NCBI RefSeq assembly: GCF_004010195.1
Contig: NC_057750.1
Location: 11,569,144 to 11,633,143, forward strand
Direction of reading: 5' to 3'
Length of the DNA stretch: 64,000 bases
From: Chiloscyllium plagiosum
Lineage: Eukaryota
The notes beneath the pieces are model-generated. The model saw only the letters and a program-made list of their open reading frames with translations, was not told where the DNA came from and did not search any database. Below, piece after piece: positions 25,225 through 39,290 of this stretch; the first letter of the stretch is position 1; every line of letters begins with the position of its first letter. The position numbers were made by a program, and so were the translations under genes.

Positions 25225-28200
25225 AGGAATGATTTTTGGATCATTGGAATCTCTTTTGGGGTAGAAATGACCTGTACAAGAAGGATGGATTGTACTTAAA
25301 TTGGAAGGGGACTAATATACTGGCAGGGAGATTTGCTCAAGCCTCTCTGAAGGATTTAAACTCGTAAGGTGGGGGAGTGGGACCCAGGGAGATAGTGAGG
25401 AAAGAGATCAATCTGAGACCGATACAGTTGAGAACAGAAGCGAGTCAAACAGTCAGGGCAGACAGGGACAACATAGGACTAATAAATTAAACTGCATTTA
25501 TTTCAATGCAAGGGGCCTAACAGGGAAGGCAGATGAACTCAGGGCATGGTTAGGAACATGGGACTGGGATATCATAGCAAGTACAGAAACATGGCTCAGG
25601 GATGGGCAGGACTGGCAGCTTAATATTCCAGGATACAAATGCTAATAGTGTTAAGGGTTTAGATGGAGAGGAATTTGTTAAGTGTGTACAAGACAATTTT
25701 CTGATTTAAGTATGTGGATGTACCAACTAGAGAAGGTGCAAAACTTGGCTTACTCTTAGGAAATAAGGCAGGGCAGATGACTGAGGTGTCAGTGGGGGAG
25801 CACTTTGGGGCCAGCGACCATAATTCTATTAGATTTAAAATAGTGATGGAAAAAGATAGACCCGGTCTAAAAGTTGAAGTTCTAAATTGGAGAACGGCCA
25901 ATTTTGACGGTATTAGGCAAGAACTTTCAAAAGCTGATTGGGGGTAGATGTTCGCAGGTAAAAGGACAGCTGGAAAATGGGAAGCCTTCAGAAATTAGAT
26001 AACGAGAATCCAGACAAACTATATTCCTGTCAGGGTGAAAGGAAAGACTGGTAGGTATAGGGAATGCTGGATGACTAAAGAAAGTGAGGGTTTGGTTAAG
26101 AAAAAGAAGAAAGCATATGTCGGGTATAGACAGGATCGTTCGAGTGAATCCTTCCAAGAGTATAAAGGCAGTAAGAGTACACTTAAGAGGGAAATCAGGA
26201 GGGTAAAAAGGGGACATGAGATAGCTTTGGCAAATAGAATTAAGGACAATCCAAAGAGTTTTTACAAATACATGAAGGACAAAAGGGCAACTAAGGAGAG
26301 AATAGGACCCCTCAAAGATCAGCAAGGTGGCCTTTGTATGAAGCCACAGAAAATGGGGGAGATACTAAATGAGTATTTTGCCTCAGTATTTACTGTGGAA
26401 AAGGATATGGAAGATGTGGACTGCAGGGAAATAGATGGTGACATCTTGCAAAGTGTCCATATTACGGAAGAGGAAGTGCAAGGTGTATTGAAACGCATAA
26501 AAGTGGATCAGGCGTACTCTAGAACTCTGTGGAAAGCTAGAGAAGTGATTGCTGGGCCTCTTGCTGATATACTTGTATCATTGATAGTCACAGGTGAAGT
26601 GCCGGAAGACTGGAGGTTGGCTAACGTGGTGCTACTGTTTAAGATGGGTGGTAAGGACAAGCCAGGGAACTATAGATCAGTGAGCCTGATATTGGTGGTG
26701 GGCAAGTTGTTGGAGGGAATCCTGAGGGACAGGATGTACATGTATTTGGAAAGGCAAGGACTGATTAGGGATAGTCAACATGGTTTTGTGCATGGGAAAT
26801 CCTATTTCTCAAACTTGATTGAGTTTTTTGAAGAAGTAACAAAGAGGATTGATGAGGGCAGAGTGGTAGATTATGGACTTCAGTAAGGTGTTCAACAAGG
26901 TTCCCCATGGGAGACTGATTGGCAAGGTTAGATCTGACAGAATACAGGGAGAAACTTGAAAGGATTTGTGGGCGGCATGGTGGCACAGTGGTTAGCACTG
27001 CTGCCTCACAGCGCCAGAGGCCCGGGTTCAATTCCCACCTCAGGCCACTCTCTGTGTGGATTTTGCACGTTCTCCCCGTGTTTGCGTGGGTATTGCTCCG
27101 GCTGCTCCGGTTTCCTCCCACAGTCCAAAGATGTGCAGGTCAGGTGAATTGGCCATGCTAAATTGCCCGTAGTGTTAAGTAAGGGGTACGTGTAGGGGTA
27201 TGGGTGGGTTGCGTTTCGGCGGGGCGGTGTGGACTTGTTGGGCTGAAGGGCCTGTTTCCACACTGTAATGTAATCTAATCTAAACTAGCCATTTAGATAC
27301 AGAACTAGCTCAAAGTTAGAAGACAGAGGGTGGTGGAGGGTTGTTTTTCAGACTGGGGAGGCCTCTGACCAGTGGAGCGCCACAAGAATTGTTGCTGGCT
27401 CCTCTACTTTTTGTCATTTACATAAATGATTTGGATGCGAGCAGAAGAGGTTTGGTTAGTAAGTTTGCAGATGACCCCAAAATTGGAGGTGTAGTGGACA
27501 GTGAAGAAGGTTACCTCAGATTACAGCAGGATCTGGACCAGATGGGCCAATGGGCTGATGGAGTTTAATTCAAATAAATGCGAGGTGCTGCATTTTGGGA
27601 AGGCAAATCTTAGCAGGACTTATATACTTAATGGTAAGGTCCTAGGGAGTGTTGCTGAACAAAGACCTTGGAGTGCAGGTTCATAGCTCCTTGCAGGTAG
27701 ATAGGATAATGAAGAAGGCATGTGGTATGCTTTCCTTTATTGGTCAGAGTATTGAGTACAGGAGTTGGGAGGTCATGTTGTACAGGACATTGGTTAGGCC
27801 ATTGTTGGAATATTGCATGCAATTCTGGTCTCCTTCCTATCGAAAAGATGTTGTGAAACTTGAAAGGGTTCAGAAAAGATTTACAAGGATGCTGCCAGGG
27901 TTGGTGGATTTGAGCTATGGGGAGAGGCTGAACAGGTGGGGCTGTTTTCCCTGGAGCATCGGAGGCTAAGGGGTGACCTTATAGAGGTTTACAAAATTAT
28001 GAGGGGTATGGATAGGATAAATAGACCGTCTTTTCCCTGGAGTCAGGGAGACCAGAACTAGAGGGTTTAGGGTGAGAGGCGAAAGATATAAAAGAGACCT
28101 AAGGGGCAACTTTTTCACGCAGAGGGTGATGTGTGTATGGAATGAGCTGCCAGAGGAAGTGGTGGAGGCTGATACAATTGCAACATTTAAAAGGCATTTG

Positions 28201-28337
28201 GATGGGTATATGAATAGGAAGGGTTTGGAGGGATATGGGCCGGGTGCTTGCAGGTGGGACTAGATTGGGTTGGGATATCTGGTCGGCATGGACGGGTTGG
28301 ATCAAAGGGTCTGTTTCCATGCTGTACATCTGACTCT
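25225..28337 (+). mobile_element. Long CR1 LINE (ORF1 end, endonuclease, RT), disrupted
   Basis: PTREGAKL, ASDHNSI, GEVPEDWRLANV, PGNYRSVSL, SQHGF, KFADD and a 3'UTR. Confidence 0.95.
26968..27281 (+). mobile_element. V-SINE (HE1-like) inserted in CR1
   Basis: Full head, V domain and (TAATC)n tail. Confidence 0.92.
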
Positions 28338-28952
28338 CAGTAAGTGGGGTTTGAGAATAGACCCAGGTGAGAACTCTGGAACCATTGGAGTGGGATTCAT
28401 TATGCTCTTTCCTTTTGTGTGGCTACCACTGATGAGGCAAAAGTGATAGCAGTTCTTTTCCAGGAGGAGATTGGGATGGTCAGTCATGTTGAAGACTGTA
28501 AAGAGGTTAAAGAATAATCTAACAACCTCTAAGAATATCATGCATGACTTTGATTAGGGCCATTTTGATATAGTAGTGAGAGAACAATCTTAATCTGGAA
28601 CATGGACCTCCTGGAAATGTGTGCACAGGTTTGGAAAGTGATTTAAATTAGTCATGGGCTTTGGAAAACAAATGGAGCCAGAAAAGGGGTTTACTTTGCA
28701 TGGGCAATATTAAAAGGGTGAACTTTTCAGGGATTGATCACATTTGAATGAGAGTAGGACAATATCTGAGGGGAATGCATAATTTACAAAATGAATGGGT
28801 ACAAGGGTTCGGAAGTGATGTTGAGTGATCAGAGTCCGAGGTGGTTTTTAGGAACCAGATGGGTTGGAGAGAGAAAAAGTTGAAAGGAAACTAGAGAAAG
28901 ATGCAAAGGGAGCAGTTTTGATACTAAATGCTGAGAGATATGGTGAATATAT

Positions 28953-29274
28953 AAATCACAGAATCCTTACAATGTGGAACCAGGCCTTTCCGACATTCGA
29001 GTCCACATAAATCTCCCAAGAGCATCCCACCCAGACCAAGCTCCCTACCTTCTCCCTGTAACCATTTTCCATGACTAACCCACCTAGCCTGCACATCTCT
29101 GGACACTATGGGCAACTTAGCTTGTGCAGTCCACCTAACCTGCACATCTTTGGACTGTGGGCGGAAACCTATGCAGACACGAGGCAAATGTCCAAACTCC
29201 ACACAGTCACCTCAGAGTGGAATACAGCCTGGTTTCTCTGGCACTGAGGCAGCTAATCGCTGAGCCACTATGCC
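28953..29274 (-). mobile_element. Older V-SINE
   Basis: V-domain remnant and tRNA-like head. Confidence 0.8.
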
Positions 29275-30359
29275 ATGTATGTTCAGAAATGCTACTCTGG
29301 ACTTGAGTGAGTGAAGAAATGGCCATCCTCGGGGTGACAACCAGTATGAGACTTTATTGGGACCAAGAATTCCAAAGCAGAGGGGAAGTGATTGAGCAGT
29401 TTGACAACTACAGGCGTTGTGAACAATGTGTCAGTGCAAAAGCAACTAAGTGACTTTCTATTTGTGGCAGTTGCGACAGAGAAAGTAAACTCAATCCACG
29501 AGATTGGCCTGTTATTTGTATGTGTATTTTCAAGTGGCGGCTTGTGTATGAAAGGAAAGTTCTCCAGGTTTATATATATACAAAGTGAGGGAGATGTTGC
29601 ATGCTAGGTTTTTGTCTTTATGTTTCTATCTCAGTATGGCTGAAACAAGCAAGAGAGGTCTGCCTGTGGTGTGTTTCATATATGCCTGAAATTAAATTGG
29701 ATCAACCATTAAACAAATGTGAATGTTTTTAATGTCCACTCAAAGCTGAGTTGCAGCATCTATTCCCAGTATTACTCCTCCAAATACAATTGAGAAACAA
29801 GAAGAATATTGAGGCTTTAAGAGGGGAGTGAAATATCAAGTAAGAGAAATAAAAAAAGAATTCAGTGAAAAGACTGACAGCTAATGTAAAGTGGAATCCC
29901 AAAGTCTTCTATGGGCTAATAAATAGTAAAAGAGTGGTTATAGGACGATTAGGCCCAATTTGAGACCAAATCGAGCATTTACACTTGGAAGCAGGGGGCA
30001 TGACTGAGGTGTTAAATGAATAGTTTGCTTCTGACAAAAGAGGACAATACTTAGTGACAGAGGACAAAATTCTGTTGCTAAAAAGGTTCCAAGTTAACGC
30101 CGAAAAGTCTTGGCTAGACTATTGGTAGTTAAAGTTAACAAGGCGCTGGGACCAGATGAGATGCATCCAAGGATTTTAAGAGGTAAGGGTAGAAATAGAG
30201 GGCACTGGCATTAATCTTTTGATCTTTCCTGGTCCTGGAGAATTGCAGACATTATGGCCTTGTTCAAGAAAGGTTGTAAGGATAATCCTAGCAAATAAAG
30301 ACCAGTCAGTTTAACTTTGGGGATGCTTCAAGCAATAATTGTAAAGATTCTATTCCATT

Positions 30360-30692
30360 CAAAAATTGTGGAAATAGGTCGTTTGGCCCAACAAGTTCAC
30401 ACCGACCCTCCAAAGAGTAACCCACCCAGACCCATTCCCCTACCCTATTATTCTACATTTACCCCTGACCATTGCACCTAACCTACACATCCCTGAACAC
30501 TATGAGCAATTTAACATGGCCAATTCACCTAACCTACATATCTTTTGGATTGTGGGGGGAAACTGGAGCATCCAGAGGAAACCCAGGCAGACACCGGGAG
30601 AATATGCAAACTCCAAATGGACAGTGGCCTGAGGCTGGAATTGACCACATTCCTGGCGCTGTGAGGCAACAGTGTTAACCACTGAGCCACCG
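30360..30692 (-). mobile_element. V-SINE
   Basis: V-domain and head on the - strand. Confidence 0.85.
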
Positions 30693-30827
30693 TTAGTGTT
30701 CACATGGAAAAAGGCAGGTTAGTTGGGAAGGGTCAGCATGGATATGAAAAGGGGAAATCATTTAACTGGTTGCCTTTTATTTTTTGAAGGATTAACAGGC
30801 TTGATGGGGTAATCTGTTGAAACATTA

Positions 30828-31145
30828 GTGGGCGGCACAGTGGCACAGTGGTTAGCACTGCTGCCTCTCAGCGCCAGAGACCCAGGTTCAATTCCTGCCT
30901 CAGGCGATTGACTGTGTGGAGTTTGCACGTTCTCCCTGTGCCTGCGTGGGTTTCCTCCGGGTGCTCCGGTTTCCTCCCACAGTCCAAAGATGTGCAGGTC
31001 AGGTGAATTGGCCATGCTAAATTCCCCGTAGTTTTAGGTAAGGGGTAAATGTAGGGGTATGGGTGGGTTGCACTTCGGCGGGTCGGTGTGGACTTGTTGG
31101 GCCGAAGGGCCTGTTTCCACACTGTAATGTAATCTAATCTAATCT
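30828..31145 (+). mobile_element. V-SINE (HE1-like)
   Basis: Full length with (TAATC)n tail and an approximate AAA(C/A)ATTAG duplication. Confidence 0.92.
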
Positions 31146-34100
31146 AAAAATTAGACATGAATTTGCAGAAAGCATATGGTACACTGTCACACAACAGACG
31201 TGAGGAGCATGATATAAAAGAGACAGTTGGAACATGGATACAATATTGTTTCCAAGCACTCAAGCAGTCATTGTAATGTGTAATTTTTGGGCTGGAGGAG
31301 GGTTTGTAGTGGACTTCCCCAGGGGTCAGTATTGGGACCCCTGCTTTTCCTGATATATATTTATGGTCTGGATTTTGATATGCAGAGGACAATTTCAAAG
31401 TTTGCAAATGACACACAATTGTAAGAATTGTAAACTCTGAGGAGGACAGTGTAGGACTCTAAAAGGATATTGGCAAGGGTTGGCGAAGTGGGTGGACAGG
31501 TGGCAGATGCAGGGAAGTGCAAGGTGAGGTTTGATGTAGGCAAGTGCAAGGTGAGCCACATAGGTAGGATGAACATTGACAAACTATATAAAGTAAGAGG
31601 GTGCGAGTGCAGAGGAACCTGGGTGTGTATATATGCACAGATCATTGAAGGTGTCAGGACAGGTGGAGAGAGCAATTGATAAAACATTGTGTCATTGGCT
31701 TTATTAATAGGAGCAGAGTACAGAGCAAGCAGCTGATCTTGAACTGTGTAAGACACTTGTTAGTCCTCAGCAGGAATATTGTGTACAGGTGTGGACGCCA
31801 CATAGAAAAGATACAAATGCAATGGAGAGAGTGCAGAAGCAATTTACAAGAATAGTTCAATGTTGAGGATGTTTGAAGATAGATGGAAGAAGTTGGGAGT
31901 GTTCTCAGAGTGGAAGGCTGGGAGGAGATTTGATAGAGGTTTTCAAGATCGTGAATAAGCTGGATAGAGTAGATGTGGGTTAGCTGTTTCTATTCATAAA
32001 ATGAACAAGAATACAAGGTGTAGATTTAAAGTGATATGCAAATGAACAAGGGTGATGTGAGAACAAAACTTATCACAGCAAGTAATTAGGGTATGGAATG
32101 CACTGCCTAGATATGTAGTGAAGGCAGGTTCAGTTGAGGCATTCACAAGGCTATTGAATGTTTTGCTGTTTTGGATAGTAATAGTGTGCCAGGATATAGG
32201 GAAAAAGCAGGAGATTGACATTGGATAATAGGCCCCATTCTGTATTGTAATAATTCTGTGATTCTGCTTCTGACTGGGGAACATACTACCTTGTTTAAAA
32301 GGTAGGATTGCATAATGTAATTCAGGGCCATTGCGATGCTGAAAATTGGATTTGATCGGCTTGAGGGACTAAATTTTAGTTTTATAAATTTCCCGCTCTT
32401 CTTGTTCATTTTATGATTATCCGCACACCTGGGTGGGGAATGTTTTCGGATAATCAAATGCCGGGTAACACAGTTTAGCTAAGCATCGGGACCTTGCGAT
32501 CTTGTCCACATAATCTGAAATTCGGACAGTCGAGATTCCTCTGTATTAGCCTAGGTATTTATTAGTTTAATAGCCTTTCGCAGAAATTACATGGTTCCAG
32601 GTGATCATAAAGTGTTTCCAGTGTGATGCATGAGCCACTGATTCTGCAACAGTAGCAGGACTTGGAGATGTAAATTCTCAGACCGACCCTGTGCTTTTAC
32701 TGTCTAATTACAAATTTCTCATGCAGACTTTTCATGTAGATCCCAGTAAGCACCAAGGGCTGCCTCAATCTGTTTTACTCTCTGAAACCCTGAGAGATTA
32801 AAATAGTGCATTTAAGGTTCAGCTTTTGTTGCTGGTTAGGTTGTTTGTGTGATTACTAACTACATTTGAAGTTCTCAGTTGGCATTGATTTTTACAGTTG
32901 AATAAATATTCTTTGGGCTTCAGTGTTTGCCTTCATACCTCACCTTTCACTGTATTTGACTATTATCGTTGCCTGCTGAAGTTCCCATGGTGTGGTTGTC
33001 TGTGCTGCATATTTGTGCGTGCACATTGAGTAATATAACTCAAATATTTACACTGATTCATACACGTTCCTCTAGCCTGCCTGCTGTGGCTCTCAGAAAA
33101 AAATGGCTGATCTGATTGTGGCCACATCTCCAATTTCCTGCCTATCGTAATAACCTCTGTCTCTCTGTCAGTCAAAAATCTTTCTTCCTCGAAAAGTTTT
33201 CAATGATCCCACCTTCATCTGTCTCCGAGGAAGAGAGTTACAAAATTCATGAACGTCTGATGAAGAGTTCCTCCTCAACCTTGTCTTATGAAAGGCCCCT
33301 TGTTTTTCAAAGTACCAGATTCCCTCACAGTCTAAAACTTTGAAAAAGTGGATAAAGAGTTCATGGGGCACATAAAAATCCACTGGGGGCATCTGAGCAG
33401 AACCAGAGGCACAACCCAAATTAGACACAGACCATTCCAAGCTGATGTCTGAAAACTAACCTTCAGAGTAGTGGAAATCTGGATATCTTTTAAATAACAT
33501 GGTGAGGCCGAAAGTTAATTGAACATTTGAAAACTAAGGTTTATGTTTGTTGTGATGGAGAATTAAGATTTAAAGCTGGTGAATGGAGTTAAGATACAGA
33601 TGAGTTGTGATCTAATTGAATGGCAGAACAGACTCAATTGGCTGCCTCTGTTCCTTTAGAAATTTTTCAAAGATCTTTAGTCCAAGTTGCTGATCAGTTT
33701 TGATCCATCTTTTTTTTCTTTCAAAATAACTAATTGAACATGAAGAATTTTCTTTGTGTGTGAGAGACTCTGAAGGCCTGCTGTTGACCGTAAAAATTGA
33801 ACTCAATTTGCATGGAGTTGATGTTGCCAAAATATTTGATTGAAAAGAACCATGTTTTTCCAAATTGCCACACAAATAGCTGAGTACAGCAGTCCCTCCC
33901 CCACCCTGACTCTGTAGCGAGTCATTTAATTGCCTATCCTCTTTCAATCCAGCAAAGTGTTTAAAATACGCCCTGGCTGTTTTGAGGGGTCACTTGCCAA
34001 CAACAAAATTGTCAAAAGTGTTCTTCCTTTTATCTTAAAGGCACAATGAATTTCTCATTGTCCTAGCTCTGACATCAGGTGTGCACTGTAGCCTTCAACT

Positions 34101-34309
34101 GTCCTTGACATTGATTAGCATGGGACCATTACAGGTTATGCAAGTTTTCAGAGCGCAAACTTAGCACAGCAGCATTGAAATTGTTTGTCAGTCTCCTTCT
34201 TTGAGGAGACTGACGTAAGACATTGGATATTTTGAGTGAGTAGTATTTTACCCTTCATTTGGGTATTCTGAAAAGTCATTTTTGAGTTTTATGCTTAGAG
34301 TTTGTCATG

Positions 34310-34570
34310 TAGGGTGAGAGGGCAAAGATATAAAAGAGACCTACGGGACAACTTTTTTATGCAGAGGGTGGTCCGTGTATGGAATGAGTTGCCAGAGGAA
34401 GTGGTTGAGGCTGGTACAATTGCGGCATTTGGATGGGTATATGAATAGGAAGGGTTTGGAGGGATATGGGCTGGGTGCTGGCAGGTGGGACTAGATTGGG
34501 TTGGGATATCTGGTCGGCATGAACGGGTTGGACCGAAAGGTCTGTTTCCATGCTGTACATCTTTGACTCT
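34310..34570 (+). mobile_element. CR1 3' end
   Basis: Near-identical to 28070-28337. Confidence 0.9.
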
Positions 34571-35458
34571 GTTTCAAACATTTTTTGCCTCAGTCGGTTT
34601 TGAGAGTTACTGCTTTTTTTTTTGCAACTAAGCTATGTTGAAAATCCAAACTGCATCACCTCTTTATTACTGCCAGCGCCTTGCTTGAGAGAGAATGAGA
34701 AATTCCACAATGGTTGGGTAACTATAAAATGGCAGACTACTTTGATGGAGAGTTGGGAAACATTGTTCCTGGATTTTCCTTACTCTCTCAGTCTTTTAAA
34801 TAAAAAAAGGACCAAGTATGCATTTTTTTTTTGAGCTAAAGGTTCTAAACGTCTGTTGGAAGAGGAAAAGCAGCTTGTGTTTCAATATGTTAAGTTCTGA
34901 CCTGACCGATTATATATAGAATGCTGTTCTGTCTGTGTTGTTGCCATGTAATCTGCTCCAGTGCCTGTAAATATGGATCTCTGTGACATTTCAAGAAAAC
35001 AGCTCGTCATCACCTTGAGGATGATCATCATGAGGGTAATTGGGATTGGGCAATAAATACTGGCCCTGTCAGTGACAGCCCTGTCCTGAGAGAGAATGTA
35101 AAAATTAGCATGCTCCATTGTAGCAGTGAGAGGATGTGAATATTGTTTGTCACCTAGGTATTTTAAGCTCCATAGTTATGGGAGTTTCAATTAATCATTT
35201 TGTTGAGCAGAGCCAGGAGCTGTGAGAAATCTGGTCACATTGAACAGCTAGGCATTTGAAAATGGTGGTTTTCAAGTGCTCTTAAAAGCCATAACTATTA
35301 CAGGTACCTGGTACTAACATATTTTAATTGTGTCGAATTGTAAGTGGTCAGACTCTGAGCCAGTTTTATTTCAAAGCATGGAAAGTGTTAATTGACTATA
35401 TAAGAGAGACATTTATTGCTTTGTGATTGAGTTTACTTTTATCTTTTGCAGCTAAAGA

Positions 35459-35673
35459 ATGTCGTATTACTCCAGAAGTTCCAGAGCTTCAGACTGCAAA
35501 GTCTATGTCGGTGATTTGGGAACAGGAGCTGCCAAAGGAGAGCTGGAGCGAGCCTTCAGCTACTATGGCCCTCTAAGGAATGTTTGGGTAGCGCGGAATC
35601 CTCCAGGTTTTGCTTTTGTGGAGTTTGAAGACCCCAGAGATGCAGAAGATGCAGTGCGTGGGATGGATGGCAA
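35459..35673 (+). CDS. SRSF7: SRSF7-like exon 2 (first coding exon, RRM)
   Basis: Acceptor ttttgcag| with exon start 35452 and an in-frame TAA two codons before the ATG. Encodes [21 protein letters not shown]...[26 protein letters not shown](K). Donor AA|GTGAGT, phase 2. Confidence 0.97.
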
Positions 35674-35911
35674 GTGAGTATTTGGAAAGACCCTTAAAAT
35701 GTGCAAACACCATATTTGAACACACAATTTCATTGGAAATCCTGACATGAGCTTCTCTTGATGTTGGAGTTGATTTGGATGGTAATTACCTCAATGTCTA
35801 GTCTTGTATAGAGCATGCAGCCCACAAACAGGTCATTCAACCTAACTGATCAGTTTTTGTGTTCAATACAAGTTTACTTCCATTCCCCTATTCTTGTTTT
35901 CAAGTTTCCTT

Positions 35912-37385
35912 TAGAACATAGAACATTGCAGCGGAGTACAGGCCCTTCGGCTCTCGATGGTTTCACAGGTCGGTGCCCAATCTGAAGCCTATCTAACCTA
36001 CACTATTCCATTTTCATCCATGTATCTATCCAATGACCATTTAAATGCCCTTAAAGTTGGCGAGTCTACTGCAGTTGCAGGCAGGATGTTCCACACCCCT
36101 ACTGTTGAGTAAAGAAACTACCTCTGATATTTGCCCTATATCTATCACTCCTCAATTTAAAGCTATATCCCCTCATGCTAGCCATCACTATATGAGGAAA
36201 AAGGTTCTCACTGTCCACCCTATCTAACCCTCTAATTAGCTTATGTCTCAATTAAGTCACCTCTCAACCTTCTTCTCTCTAATAAAAAGTCTCAAGTCCC
36301 TCAGCCTTTCCTCATAAGATCTTCCCTCCATACCAGGCAACATCCGAGTAAATCTCCACTGAATCCTTTCCAAAGCTTCCACATCCTTCTGATCATGCGG
36401 TGACCAAAACTGTACGCAGTGCTCCAAATTGCAGCTGTACAAAACTCTGGTGCAGCCGCACATAACCTCGTTGCTCCGAAACTCTGTCTGTACCATGTGC
36501 TTTCTTAACAACCCTATCAACCTTGGTGACAACTTTCAGGGATCTATGTACATTCACACCGAGATACCTCTGCTCATCTATACTACCAAGAATCTTACCA
36601 TCAGCCCAGTGCTCTGTAGACCTGTTGCTCCTTTCAAAGCGAATCACCTCACACTTTTTAAACTCCGTTTACACCTCTCAGCCCAGCTCTGCTACTTATC
36701 TCTGTCCCTCTGTAACCTGCAAAGTCCTTCAGCACTATCCACAACTCCACCAACCTTCATGTCATCTTAAAATTTCCTAAACCATCCTTCTACATCCTCA
36801 TCCAGATCTTTTATAAGATTGACAAACAGCAGTGGCCCCAAAACAGATCCTTGTGGTACATCACTAGTAACTGAACTCCAGGATGAACATTTCCCCTCAA
36901 CACACCACCCTCTGACTTCTTTCAGCTAGCCAATTTCTGATCCAAACTGCCAAATCACCCTCCATCCCATGCCTCCATGTTTTCTGCAAAAGCCTACTGT
37001 GGGGAACCTCATCAAACACCTAACTGAAATCCATATACACCATGTCAACTGCTTTACCCTTCTCCACCTGTTTGGTCACCTTCTCAAAGAACTCCATAAG
37101 GCCTACTGTGGGGAACCTCATCAAACACCTAACTGAAATCCATATACACCATGTCAACTGCTATACCCTTATCCACCTGTTTGGTCACCTTCTCAAAGAA
37201 CTCCATAAGTCTGTGCGGTATGACCTATCCTCCACACAACCATGTTGACTATCCTTAAGCAACTTCCTCCTTTCTTTTCTAGATGATGATAAATCCTATC
37301 TCTTATAACCCTTTCCAATGCTTTACCCACAACCAAAGTAAGATTCACTGGTCTATAATTACCAAGGTTGTCTCTACTTTCCTTT
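35912..37385 (-). mobile_element. CR1 LINE RT and 3' end
   Basis: LEHCVQFWSPH..LERIQWRFTRMLPG on the - strand. Confidence 0.9.
36992..37209. repeat. 109-bp tandem duplication inside CR1
   Basis: GCCTACTGTGGGGAACC...CTCCATAAG starts at 36992 and 37101. Confidence 0.9.
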
Positions 37386-38290
37386 GTGTTTATCTAACTT
37401 CTGCTGAAGGTCACCAATACTATTTGCCTTTAACTACTGTTGGTGGTCAAAAGTTCCATTGTCTATATTCTAACTATTGTTATGGACCAGGCCAGACCCC
37501 TTCAAGATTTCAGGAAAGTGGTCCAGACCCTAACTTTGCTAGTTGTTTTAAGCAGGTGTAACGTGGATATTCCAGGAGTGATATAGCTGGCTAAACCACT
37601 TAGAACAAAGAAAATTACAGCACAGGAACAGGCTCTTCAGCTCTCCAAGCTTGTGCCGATCAGGATCCTCTATCTAAACCTGTCGCCTATTTTCTAAGGA
37701 TCTGTATCCCTCTGTTCCCTGCCATTCATCTTTCTGTACAGATACAGCTTAAATTACGCTATCGTGCCTGCCTCTATCATCTCCACTGGCAATGCGTTCC
37801 AGGCACGTACCACCCTCTGCATGAAGAACTTTCCACACATCTCCCTTAAACGCTTCCCCTCTCACCTTGAACTCATGACCTCTAGTATTTGAGTCCCCAA
37901 CTCTAGGGGGAAAAAGCTTCTTGCTATCACCCTTGTTTGTGAGTATCATGATTTTGTAGACCTCAATCAGGTCCCCCTTCAACCTCCATCTTTCTAATGA
38001 AAAAATCCCAATCTACTCAACCTCTCTTCATAGCTAGCACCCTCCATACCAGGCAACATCCTGGTAAACCTTCTCTGCATCCTCTCCAAAGCACCCACAT
38101 ACTTTTGGTAATGTGGCGACCAGAACTGTGTGCGGTTTTCCAAATGTGCCTGAACCAAAGTCCTATACAACTATAACATGACCCCGCCAACTCCTGTAAT
38201 TAATACACTGTCCGATGAAGGAAATCATGCCGTATGCCACCTTGACCACTCTATCGATCTGCATTGCCACCTTCAGGGTGCAATGGAACC

Positions 38291-39290
38291 CTTGGGATCA
38301 TGGTAGTCCACAAACCCACCAAAACACTAAAACAGCAGCTAATGAACTTGAAAGACCTTATACAGACAACAAGCAAAACTGATGTCATTTACAAAATATC
38401 ATGTAAGAACTTGTAACAAACGCTACATTGGACAAACAGGCAGAAAACTAGCCACCAGGATACATGAACACCAACTAGTCACAAAACAACATGACCCTCT
38501 CTCACTAGTATCCTTTCATACAGATAAGGAAGGACATCACTTTGACTGGGACGACACATCCATCTTAGGACGAGCCAAACAGAGACACGCACGAGAATTC
38601 CTAGAGGCATGGCATTCCAACCGGAACTCTATCAACAAACACAGAGTTGGACCCCATCTACCACCCCTGAGGAAAAGAACAGGAAATGACATCACCACAT
38701 GAAATGATATCACCAACCCAAAGAAACCCAAACACACAAATAGAAAGCAGGAATCATGTACACTGCTTCTGCTGTGGCCCACAGAAGATTAGATTAGATT
38801 ACAGTGTGGAAACAGGCCCTTCGGCCCAACAAGTCCACACCAACCCGCCGAAGCGCAACCCACCCATACATTTACCCCTTACCTAACACTACGGGCAATT
38901 TAGCATGACCAATTCACCTTACCTGCACATCTTTGGACTGTGGGAGGAAACCGGAGCACCCGGAGGAAACCCATGCAGACACGGGGAGAATGTGCAAGCT
39001 CCACACAGTCAGTCGCCTGAGGCGGGAATTGAACCCAGGTCTTTGGTGCTGTGAGGGAAGATACTGAGGGATAGGATCTATTTATATTTTGAAGAAAATG
39101 GGCTTAGCAGTTAGTAAGTTTTGAGAAGATTTGAAGCTCAGGTTGAGGTTCTGGATGTAGGTTTGCTCGCTGAGCTGGGAGGTTCATTGCCTAGTAAGGT
39201 GAAGAAACGTCTGGAAATGAACCTCCCAGCTCAGCGAGCAAACCTACATCCAGAATCTCAACCTGAGCTTCAAATCTTCTCAAAACTTAC
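38291..39290 (+). mobile_element. Penelope-like element 3' part (GIY-YIG endonuclease, family C), split by a SINE
   Basis: CNKRYIGQTGRKLATRIHEH...REFLEAWHS..SINKH. The 3' terminus resumes at ~39189. Confidence 0.9.
38789..39056 (-). mobile_element. 5'-truncated V-SINE
   Basis: (AGATT)n tail at left and V domain. The A-box head is missing. Confidence 0.9.

Larger units (their letters stand above)
29760..32265 (+). mobile_element. Old CR1 LINE carrying two V-SINE insertions
   Basis: Degenerate GPDEMHPRIL, PQGSVLGPLLFLIY and SKFAND. Confidence 0.8.

Noticed and set aside
26035..26886. Longest ORF (283 aa) as a host gene
   Set aside because: It is part of CR1 ORF2, bounded by stops, frameshifts and a SINE.
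26968..27045. tRNA genes at SINE heads
   Set aside because: A/B boxes are present but run straight into SINE bodies, with no complete cloverleaf.
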